Positions 30,097 through 40,650 of a stretch of 64,000 nucleotides of DNA are shown here, piece after piece. Origin of the DNA: Sarea resinae (lineage: Eukaryota); assembly GCA_026026165.1 (NCBI GenBank), contig JAPEUD010000019.1, positions 124,001 through 188,000 on the forward strand, in the 5' to 3' direction. Below the pieces are notes generated by a model. It saw only the letters and a program-made list of their open reading frames with translations. It had not been told where the DNA came from and did not search any database. The translations under genes were made by a program, and so were the position numbers. Position 1 is the stretch's first letter. Each line of letters starts with the position of its first letter.

Positions 30097-30913
30097 CTCT
30101 CTCTCCCCCCCCCCATGTCTACCTCCAGATCTCGGGGCCCAGGTCTAATTTTCGCCGACGGTGCCATGACAGACTCACACCATGCCTACTCCTGTCAGCC
30201 TGCTGCATGACCTTCGGCCGCCTAGTGCAATGGATCACGCCCCTCGAGCAACGCCAATGTCGAATCCTCTGGATTCCAACCCGCCACCTAGCAACCTCGC
30301 TATCGCTATTCGAGTCCCTGGCTTGCTTCGTCCAGGTGCTCGGTATCTGGTTGTTCCACACCAACAACAACCTCTCTGCGCTTATTGCGGGGCTGGCGCT
30401 GCAGCTGTGCTGCTGTTGCGTCTTCGTCGCCGTGGCCGCGCGCTTCAACCAGCTGAGCAGAGGCTGGACGAGCTTCTCCTTCTACGATCCCGAGAGCAGA
30501 AAGCCGCGACTCGTCTGGGCTGTCGTGGGAGCCGTCTCATTGATGCTGGTACGTACGCATGACTTGCAGCGGCAGAGATCAATCCCTTATTTTACGCATG
30601 ACCTGGGCCCCACAGCACAAAACCGCTAACGAGCACCCACGCACAGCTCCAAACACTCTACGGCCTCATCTCCCTAAGCATACTCGCGTCCTCCTCCTCT
30701 TCCTCCTCTTCAGCAAACACCTACCTCTGCAATCACGAATGGCCCTTCTGGGTCTTCGCCGTCGTGCCCGTGCTCGCCACCTTCCTCGTCTTCAACGTCG
30801 TCCATCCCGCCGCCTACCTACCTGGCGCGTATTCGCGTTTCCAACCCATCCAAGAAGATCCTTTGAACGCCAAGGACGGTCTCCCGATGTATGAGCGCTC
30901 TTGGCCGTCGTGA
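29645..30913 (+). CDS. RTA1-like multi-TM (lipid-translocating exporter family) protein, divergent
   Basis: Five exons. Family-like motifs: YSPS, METSGFIAR, MTFGRLV, GLALQL, YLCNHEWPFWVF and HPAAYLP. Confidence 0.75.
30061..30093 (+). repeat. (CT)n microsatellite inside RTA1 intron 3
   Basis: Run of about 16 CT units directly after the GTGAGT donor. Confidence 0.9.
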
Positions 30914-31881
30914 ACCGGGGACAGGAATGCGAAAGCTCGGTCGTGTTGAGATATAGGGGGAGAGAAGGATGTGGGATCAGCGCGTGTGGGGCGAGCGGTT
31001 TATATGCAAGTGAGAGAGAGAGCATCGCGCTGTGTGCCCCGCTGAGAGCAACGTCGAGTCGAGCTCCGACAAAATAGCGCATGTTTAACACACGCACACA
31101 CACACACACACATCTATCTCAGATCGGCCAAATACCCCCTATTTTGATTATCCATGGCCATCAAGTTTCTTCCCACGACGGAAGAAGTCGTCCTAACGGA
31201 CCTTATTCACCCAGTATGGTTATCTATCGATCCATCTATCCATCTATCTATCGTCAATGAATAAGACAAATGCAAACCATTTTTTTTTTGGCCACTGAGG
31301 TGGTATCGCATACATGTTGTCGTTTCTGATCCTGAAGAAAGAAATGTAGGTGAGTAGGCAGGCAGGTCGTGTATCCACATTCCACTAATTAGATCAAGTG
31401 ACCACCATCTACCATCGCTAGCATCGCCAGCATCAGCATCAGCATCAGAACACTGCTAGCATGGCAGTATACAATCAATCATCCAACCGCCCTCCACACC
31501 CACAGCCACAGCCACAGGCAGAGAGAAAAGAACCCCCCCCCCCTTTTCCCAGACCCCACCCCATGACGAAGAACTGGTAATTGTGTCATGTTGGTTGATT
31601 GGTTGAGTGGTTGTGTTGTTAGGATTGTGTTATATTGATTCCATTTTCGTTTTCGGATCCAATGTTTGTGAGTTATACATGTGCGGATGAGCTTATTGTG
31701 GTAGGTATGTGGTAATATGGACGCCATCCCCCGCCTCCGGCCCTCCGGCCCCGCTGCTTGAAGGGCACTGCCGCTCGGTAAAGGTGAGCAATTCTCGCCC
31801 GCGCCCGTCCGCCGCCCCCCCCCCCAAACCACTCCCAGCCTCGGGGGAACCTACCAAAAAAAAGAAAAAAAGAAAATAGTA

Positions 31882-34594
31882 TCAGCGGTTCAGATTCAGC
31901 AATCCCTCTATGTAGCTCCTAGTATCGATGCCAATGCCCTCAGCGAGTCGAGCAGGGCCCCAACCACCACTTCCTCTGAAACCGCCGCCGCCGCCATTCC
32001 TTCGATACGTAGAACTGATCTTCCTCGCCGACGACGACAACGAAGAAACAGCGGCAGCATGATCGCTGGCCTTGCGAACGAGAAACGCTTCTCGGAAGTT
32101 AGCGTTCTTAGAGGAAGAAGAAGAAGAGGAGGAAAGAGGGCCGCAGACATCGGGGCCGACGGTTTCCGAGTGCGGGAAGCGCAGCCAGACGACCCACCAG
32201 CCGCGGCTCGTCTTGCACGTTCGCTCGAGCTCTGACATGCGCCGTCTTGTCGATGCGTACGTATTGAGGATCTGGATGTGCACGTTGAGGGCTTCGACTC
32301 GGACCCACGGCGGTGATGGTGGTGCTGGGGAGCTTGGGTCGTGACGGCCGTCATTAGTGGAGGCAGCACTAGGTTCTGGTATGTTCGGAATAGAGGTGTG
32401 CACGGTCAGGTTGGTGGGGTCGTAGACGAGGTCATAGATCGGCTGGGCGTTGGGAGTCGCAGATGTGTTTCTGAGTGACGAGGCATTTGCAAGGCGAGCG
32501 TTAGCTTTGGCTGGAGAAGTAGACGAGAGGAGTGGCCGCTGCAGAGGCCCAAGCTGGTGATGAATCGAGCGGTAGAAAGTCGGCATGGCAAGGGTGGCGG
32601 TATCGAGTTCGAAGATGAAGGTAAACATGAATGGTTGGTGCTGGGACACACGGTCAGATCAATAGACAGAATTGCGGACACTGTTGGGTTGCAACTTACA
32701 ACATATATTACCGCGCGAACCTTCTTATCCTTGTCATGCTCGTAGCTGTTCTGCTCTCCTGGCACAGATTCATGGTCTTTCTTCTCTGGCACTGCGACAT
32801 GTAGAGTCCGCAGAAGCAGTCGATTATCTCGCTCGCTCGATTCCATTTCTTGATCTCCGTTGCCTAGGTCGGAAGTTGCAACGCTCTCGTCAACCTGATC
32901 ATCCTTCTCGAGATCTCCCGCCAGACCGATGATGAAGCGGCCAGCCGGATGCTTGGGCTTCGGTGAGACATTTCGTTGTTCATTGCTGTCTTCCGGTCTT
33001 GGCTCCAGATGCCGCATGGACTTTCGATTAGTGCTCTCATCATTGGAAACCCGCGTACTTGCGTCAGGGCGCTCTCCACGCTGCATTCCAGCCCACGTAG
33101 CAGCACCTTGGGATCTCCCAAGCGAACCGCCCCAGCTCGAGCCATAGCCCAAGGTCAGATACTTCATGAGCGTCCCTGTGGCAGTTTCGGGAGACTCTGC
33201 CCTCTGCGATGTCTTATCTCCAGACCCAGCAAGACTTTGCGGACCCGAAGCAGCTGATACAATAGGCGGCGGAATCCGGATTGGAGAGTCGTCGCGCCCA
33301 TTGTCCCTGACATTGTGTGTAGACTGACTGACGTTTGGAATGGCCTTCTCCGCAGCGTCTGGTCCAGCTGCCTTGCCATTGGACTGAGAAATGCTATCGC
33401 CGAGCCCCTTCTTTGGTTTCTTCCATCGTTTTCGACGATTTGCAGTAGGATTATCTCGTACGCCATATGTGTCTTCTCCGTCTTTATAGATCCACTCCAT
33501 CCAGGCTGCTATATTTTTCAGAGAAGATCTGCTGACAGCTCCAACCCCTGAGAATACAACGCCATCTTCATGACCAACCTGCGAGCCGACACCAATCCAC
33601 TTCTCGCTCTCACTCCCCATATCAGCAACCTGATGCCTCCTTTTGCCATTGGCGGATTCTCCCTGTACCGCCTCCGAATCTGATGTAGCGGTTCCGAACC
33701 GAGAGACCACTAAATCAATCAGACCCTCTGTCCTTCCAACAAAGCCTTCCAATACTTCACGCTCGCCGCTCCCCCATTCTTCTTCGCCGACCCCTATCCC
33801 AATCTCCCCTCCTGCCGCAAGCTTTAATCCGTTAAAGATGTCGCATGCTGGATTTCCATGGAGGAGAACATCCCATTCTGTAGCGAATCTCGACCAAAAT
33901 CTGTCCAGAATGTCACAGAATTGGAGCCTAGGAAGGCGTGCGAAGAATTGACTCAAAGATTGGGCGTGGTGTAGGAGAAACACAGAATGTGCCCGCTCGA
34001 TTTGACGTAGCAATAGTTCCGGAGGTGCTACTTCTCGGGAAGAGTATTCAATAGCTGGCTCAGTAGAAGAAGACTCGCGCTGGTCGGAGGCACCGCCTTG
34101 GGTGGAATTTGAAGGCATTCGTGTCAAGTCGATTGACTGGGCTGCTGTTAGCTGTGTTACCCTTGAATGCCATGGTACGTACGGCCAGTATCCACCAGCC
34201 CTCTTCCAATTCATGTAGAATGATGCGCGATCTCTCAGTTTCCACTGATTCTACGGCCTCTCCATCTGAAAAGCTTCTTCCAAGAAAGTCAGTACGTTCA
34301 CATACTAGAACTCATAGGAAGCGGGAGCTCTCGCAGACCACCTTACCTAGCAAACTCCACCATGCCCTGTGCCAGACCTATCTGGCGCAGTCTCTCATTC
34401 TCGGCTTCGTGTGCCGCATCCTCCTTGCCAAGCTGCCTGGATCTGCCCCTCCGTCTTCTCCGAGCAGCCTTGGAATAGTAGAAGACGATCTGATCCCGCA
34501 GGGTTTCGTCTGAGGTGCTGAGCGAGGGATTGTAGATGGCGAGAAATGAGAGCTGTGCGGGTTCCACGGCTGACTGACTGACGTTTCCGGACAT
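31882..34594 (-). CDS. CCZ1: Vacuolar fusion protein Ccz1 (Mon1-Ccz1 GEF subunit)
   Basis: Four exons. Longin-type motifs: PAQLSFLAIYNP, ERLRQIGLAQGMVEFARSF, ELEEGWWILASIDLT, WDVLLHGNP, GVGEEEWGSGEREVLE, LVYDP, ERTCKTSRGWWVVW and GIDTRSYIEGLLNLNR. Confidence 0.88.
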
Positions 34595-34783
34595 GGCATT
34601 GTTGGAGATGATTGTTCAGGAAATTGGCAGCGATAAGGTCGGGTTGCGCTGTTGTGTGTACATGTGTAGGTAGTCACTGACGTCGCTTGTGATGTTGTTC
34701 CTGTTGTTCTCGTCCCCTGCAAGATATATCCATGGATCTCAATATATCTCGTGCACGCAACGCATGCGCCGGACCAAACCCTC

Positions 34784-36112
34784 ATGAGATCCCCTCTGAG
34801 ACTGCTGAGCATCTGTCGCTCACTGTCAGACAACCGATTCCTGTCTTGCGGTCGTCGGTACAGCTCAACCAAAGCTTGCGATCCTTTGCGCATTTTGTTT
34901 TGTGGTTCAGAGGAATTTAGTATAGCCTCTCTCCGAGCTGTACATGAAAAGAAGCGTGAGCGTCCAGATCTAATCGCGTCGATCGACGTCGTCTGCAGGC
35001 CTGGCAAACGGGTTGGGCGGGGCCTAAAGAGTATACGAGATGGTAGGAATATTTCAGATTGGTGATAAAGCGAATGGTGCTGATTCTATACAGTGCCAAT
35101 CAAGGCTGTAGCACAGCAATTAGGCTTGCCCCTTCATGAGATTGACACCTTTACGAAATGGAATGTGGGTACTTCATCGTCTATCACCAAACAATGTTAC
35201 TTACATCTGATAGCCCCCTCGGCCTGATGGCGAATCTATCAATTTGCTTGTTGCTGTTTCTTTCGGATTGCTCGTCCCCCCACGCATACTCGATGGTGCC
35301 AAATATGGCGGCCTTAATGTTCATCCTTCCCTCCTACCAGAGTGAGTATTTGCGATTATGTTTCGCTTTGAGAGTGTTCCATTGACCCCAGCAGTTTACG
35401 AGGTCCGGCGCCGCTGCATCATACCCTTATAGCTGGCCGTACTCGGACTGGTGTAACTTTGCAGACTCTGCATCCTAAACACTTCGATCACGGGGCAGTC
35501 CTTGCGCAAACGCCATATCCGGGCATTGAAATAGATCCGGACAGGTGCACAGTGCCACAACTCCTAGACACCTTAGCACCTAAAGGCGCCCAGCTCCTTG
35601 TTCGTGGCATCGAAGATAGACTGTTCGTTCCGCCTGTCCAAGAAGTCAAATGGAGCGATGAAGACAGAGGAGCCATAGAAATACGGCATGCACCGAAAAT
35701 CAAACCCGAAGATAGACATCTTAATTGGTCATCATGGACTGCACGGGATATATTGCGGAGAGATAATGCCATAGGCCCTCTTTGGAACATAACAAATGTT
35801 GAAAGCCACGACCCGAATGCGAACGGAGGGTACGAGCAGAGAAGGATCATCCTTGAGAGCTTGCGGGAGGTGGAGAACCCAGAATTCCCTCAATTTGAAC
35901 CAGGAGTCCCTTTTGTTCTCTCGGACGACAACTTTTCAAGGCTCTATGTCTGGACGTCGGATGGAAAAGTTTTGGAGATAAGCCAGGTAAAGATTGAGGG
36001 AAGCCGCACGACGGATGCGGCGATGGCTGCGAAAAAAGCAGGAATTCTATCCTGCGTTCGATGGCTCCAGAACTCGATGTGCTTTCACGGACTTGCTGGC
36101 AGCCTGTCTTGA
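34784..36112 (+). CDS. FMT1: Mitochondrial methionyl-tRNA formyltransferase
   Basis: Presequence, then PLRILFCGSEEFS, VAVSFG, LNVHPSLLPDLRGPAPLHH, TGVTLQTLHPKHFDHG and APKI. Three GT-AG introns. Divergent from CCZ1 across about 190 bp. Confidence 0.92.
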
Positions 36113-36669
36113 AGCATATCCTCATTCTGTTTCGCCTCGATGTTCTCAACCTGCTCCAAAGAGTTCGGCATGACATTTGCATGGCCAGACGAAATACCTT
36201 TTTGTAAGATATGTGCTACTGGGGATTGCCGGCGATCCATACTTGAGACATGTTTGCTCGCGGATTGGAGACGAATATCTTACGTCCTTAGATCTAGCAT
36301 CCAAGACTATATAAATATCCTATTGGGATGTTCAAGTAATCGAGGTCACCGGTATCCGATTAGTACCAGACTAACAATAAGATCATGAAGGCAAGAGCCC
36401 ATCATAAAGCTGGGGGGCTGAGCAGATAATGGTACAGCTGAAGACTTCGCGAGCTGGATATAGAAGTTGGTATGACTTCATATTCTACCCAGTAGGGTGA
36501 TCGTGCTATTAAGACATCCCATGAAGATACGTAACATGCCTCACGCCCCAGTCCGCCAGTTCAAGCTACGCCGCCCACCCAAGGAAAGCAATTTTCATGG
36601 TTACAAATGGGAAAGAAAAACCCGGTGAAGAAGTTGGTCCTCGAGCGATCGGGTTGCATCCGACTCAAC

Positions 36670-37326
36670 CTAATCTTTCTTCGGATGATCTTCCTCCTCG
36701 ACACTCCCTCCACTAGCACTGTCCAAGCTCTCTTCCTTTTCGAGCTCGACATTGTCTTCGGGGCGAGCGCCGTGCACCTCTTCGTCAAAGGTGGGTTCCA
36801 AGTCGACGGTCTCGAACTTGGTCTTGAAATTCTTGATGCCGTGCTCGATGGAGCTGCTGTTGGAACGACGACGAGGGTTGGTCATGTTGTAAGCGTAGTC
36901 TTCGATTTCGTCTCCGTCACGGCCCCTGTGTCAGAGACGTCAGCAATCTCAGCCACCGAGATGAATGAGTGAAGGGTCAACGAACCAGTTACCCTTGCCA
37001 GCTCCATCTTTCTTGGTCTTCTTCGGGTCAGCATCAACGTGGCCAGCCTTGGCAAAGTAGCGAGGGAGGTGATCTTCATGAACTGCAGTACCGTCGACGA
37101 CGGCAACGTGGTCACGGTCGTTGAGCTTGTGAGAGCGGGTCACTGTGAAAGAGCATCGATTAGTCTAGTGCTTTGTCTTTCACCGGACGGAATTTGGCGA
37201 TGAGAGGTCAAGAGCCCATTGGCAAGACTTTGGACGGTATAGCTAGGTCGTCTGCCGTCTCACAGGACCCCTCGGAGGGCTGCCCCGCCTTCACGCACCG
37301 CCCAATTGGGCCAGGATGAACTTACT
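36670..37326 (-). CDS. Stf2/Tma10-like small hydrophilic protein (ATPase-stabilising factor 15 kDa family)
   Basis: Start codon split A(37326)|TG(37142-37141); exons 37142-36986 and 36925-36670. Sequence: MTRSHKLNDR...PRYFAKAGHVDADPKKTKKDGAGKGNWGRDGDEIED...NPRRRSNS. Confidence 0.85.
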
Positions 37327-38647
37327 GATGGATGAGATACGGTCCGGATGGTTTGCGAAGAGTGGTACAATTGAAGAGGGAGATGCTTGAGATGGTCAAG
37401 ATTGGGCTTTTGTATGATCTGTTTGAAGGATGGAGATGTCGAGTTATGGAAAGGCGTCGAATCAGCTCATTTCATTGCTCGTGTGACCACAAACAAGGGA
37501 GCTTACTCCGTCGAGCGAAGCGAAGACGAGATCAACGGCCCCAACGAGGCCGTTCTCCACCGCATTCACCTCGCGGGGTTTGTAGTATGAGCATTCAACT
37601 ACTTCAGTATTATTGCTTCCGAGAGATATAGGAGTCATGCAGCTCTTCTATGATGACCATCTACTCTACGTGGTCTGCGTGATTCCATGGCCGACTTCAC
37701 AAGTGATCTTGATCGGATTGTGCTTCTCAAGCTCTCAAACCTGATATACCATATTCAATGAATTGAGAGCAGCTGCAAGCGCCAAGGGAGCCGAGGATCA
37801 GGACCGTGAAGAGCAACGGATGGCCAGAATATTCATGTCCTTGATGAGCAAAGCGAGATCTGGAAGGACACTCTGCTGCCATTGATTGACAGATCTCCCG
37901 AGCAGTTGTCCGCTAGACACGCCACTACTGCTTCAACGCCAGGAGGCAGGGTACGTCATTCCAGCATTGCAGAGACCGTAAGGTACGCAGAGGACGGAGT
38001 CGACCGGGGCTCTGAGTCAACCTGTGGCATATGACCTGACTGCAATTGAGATCATCGACTCAACCATCGGTTCGAGTCAAGCGTGAGCACTGGAAGCTTC
38101 CAATTGATGGTAATATGGTGATCCTACTGTGATCCATCGAACGTCTTCCTCGGAGAATTCACTCTACTCATAGTACTGTGCAGTACTACTTAGAGTCGGG
38201 TCTGTGCAACTGTGCAGTGGAGTGCAAGAGCTTTCCCCACACTTTGCACCTTGGCTCCTCTCGGCTGCCGGAGGCCTCCGTGCAGCCCTGGTTGTTCTGC
38301 CGCCATCCGCGTTAGGACGGAAACGGCACAAGCGTGCCTCTGCTTACCTTATCGACTATCCATCGCATCTCCATCATCTCCGCTGCAAGTGGAAAATCGT
38401 GTGCCCGCTATCGGACGGATGACAAAATCAGGGCAAGACAACAACTTTCCACCATCAGCATCATCATCATCACCCAGCTGTCTCAATCCCTCTGATGAGC
38501 CAAAGAGTGAAAGAGTGTTCACCATTTGTAACATCCATTCCTGCCTCTGTAAGAGACACACCTTCGACGCCGCATTCATTCGTCGCCACCTGCCCACGTT
38601 CCTAATCGGAAGAAAACCCCCACCTCGCCATTCGTCTTCCTGCGGCC

Positions 38648-39806
38648 ATGGCCCCAGGAGTAACGCTGGACATGTCGTCCGACTTCAATGCCCCCCAATA
38701 CGACAATGCCATTTCATCTTCCCGCGAACAACGGACCCTCCTTCTGTCACCACCGTCCATCTCCTCGCACCCCGAAGCGCTCCAGAACATCCTCCAAGCC
38801 CACAACCGCACATTCACCGACCTCCAGATGCTCGACCGCCTCTCTCTCGGCCTCGTCTCCCTACCAGACTCTACATATGAGATCATCATGATCCTCACCG
38901 ATGCCGACGGCACGCGATCCGAGAGCCAGAGACTGCTGGGCCGTGACGTCTTGGCATGCCTCGTGCGGGCCTTGAAGCCCGGCGGCAGGGTCTGCAGCCA
39001 AGACGGCAGTTTCGCCGCTGCTGATGGGCCCGAGAAACGAGAAGCTATTCTGGCGGGCTTGGTCGCGGCGAGTGAGGGCGGTGCGATGATGAAGCCCGAT
39101 CATAGCGCTACGCAGTCTGTGCCTCTGCGATTCGGCAGAAAGAAGGGTGGCGATAACAGCACGGCAAAGCCGATTGCTAATACGACGAACGGAGTGGGAA
39201 ATGGGACCGTTCCTCTTGCCTTGAACGGGAAGCGTAAACCAGGCAATGAGGATATCGTGAGGCCGGCAGGCGTCGGCTTTGTTGATTTCAGTGACGACTT
39301 CGGAGACCCGATGGTGGAAGGCGAGGAAGGCGACGACGATGACGACGAATTGATTGACGAAGATACCCTCTTAAACGAAGAAGACCTCGCCCGTCCCATC
39401 ATCCAGCGTACGTTCCTCCCCTTTCCCCCTTTGTCCCTCACAGACTCCCAGGTAGCACTCTACTAACCCTTCCACCGATCCCACAGCACCAGAATGCCTC
39501 CCGAAAGCAGGAAAACGCCGCCGGGCATGCAAAGACTGCACATGCGGACTCAAGGAGAAGCTCGAAGCAGAAGACACATCGAAGCGCTCAGCCGCCGACG
39601 GCCAACTCCGCACGCTGACGACGATGAAGAAGCTGGGCCGCGCCGACCTGGCCGAGGTCGACTTCACCGTCCAGGGCAAGGTCGGCAGCTGTGGCAACTG
39701 CGCCCTCGGCGACGCCTTCCGCTGCGACGGCTGTCCGTACGTCGGCATGCCGGCCTTCAAACCCGGCGAGGAGGTCCGCTTGCTCAATAATGACGTTCAA
39801 CTGTAA
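38648..39806 (+). CDS. DRE2: Fe-S cluster assembly protein Dre2 (anamorsin)
   Basis: Exons 38648-39407 and 39487-39806. Motifs: [18 protein letters not shown]...[11 protein letters not shown] and [29 protein letters not shown]. Confidence 0.95.
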
Positions 39807-39820
39807 TTTCGCCCCTCGTC

Positions 39821-39823
39821 TTT

Positions 39824-39861
<38 letters not shown>
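39821..39861 (+). repeat. (TTTC)n microsatellite in the DRE2 3' region
   Basis: Tandem TTTC units. Confidence 0.9.
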
Positions 39862-39864
<3 letters not shown>

Positions 39865-40276
39865 GTCGCGCTGCGCTTTTGGCCCCGGACTGCATGCATG
39901 CATGGCCTATTTACTTTCTTTCTTTCTCTTCTTTCTCTCTTGTTCGGCGTTAGGACTGTGGCAGTGGGAGGCGGTCATGTCATGACTTCGCCAACAGAAA
40001 AAAAAAGGACGAGCACCACGCATCATGTGGGAAGAAGAACAGCGTTTTCCTATGGGACGAATAGCGCGTCCTACAAGAGGAGAGCCTGCCGTGCCTTCGA
40101 ACGAGGGAGGGAGGGCGAGTCCCTGTAGCTGCTGGTAGATGGATCACGAATAGAGTAGTCCTCGGTCTAGATAGATGATGATTGATGAATAAGCGTTGTA
40201 CGGAATGGAGATAGGAGACGTTCTTTACTTTCCCCTTACGGTCCTTTTGTCCATGTCCCGCACTTTCTGAGTGCTA

Positions 40277-40306
40277 GTGAGTGAGTGAGTGAGTGAGTGA
40301 GTGAGT
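40277..40306 (+). repeat. (GTGA)n microsatellite
   Basis: Tandem GTGA units; a similar degenerate tract lies at about 21571-21619. Confidence 0.9.
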
Positions 40307-40650
40307 GGTACAAGTCAAAAGGGGAACAAAATACAAGGTTCGATATCATCAGCCACAATGCATGCATGAGTCGAGCTCGATATCGTACTTCATATTCAAG
40401 TATCCGGGCTGTGATCAATTAGCACGTCTTCAGGCAGCACATACCCGACAGCGGTCTAGAATTACATTTGGGCCCCTATATATATAGATATAGATAATAC
40501 ACCGCTAAGATGGGCGGCTCATCTATCCACCCGGCGAGAGAAACCCCATAACCTTTCCCCTCCCTCGCTCCCTCCCTCGCTAGAAGTGACTGACTCCCCA
40601 AAACCCTAGCAAAATACTGCAAAGAAAAAAAAAAACACCAATCTACACCA

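Noticed and set aside
38057..38080. tRNA suggested by GGTTCGAGTC
   Set aside because: Only a local hairpin; no acceptor stem, D arm or anticodon arm.
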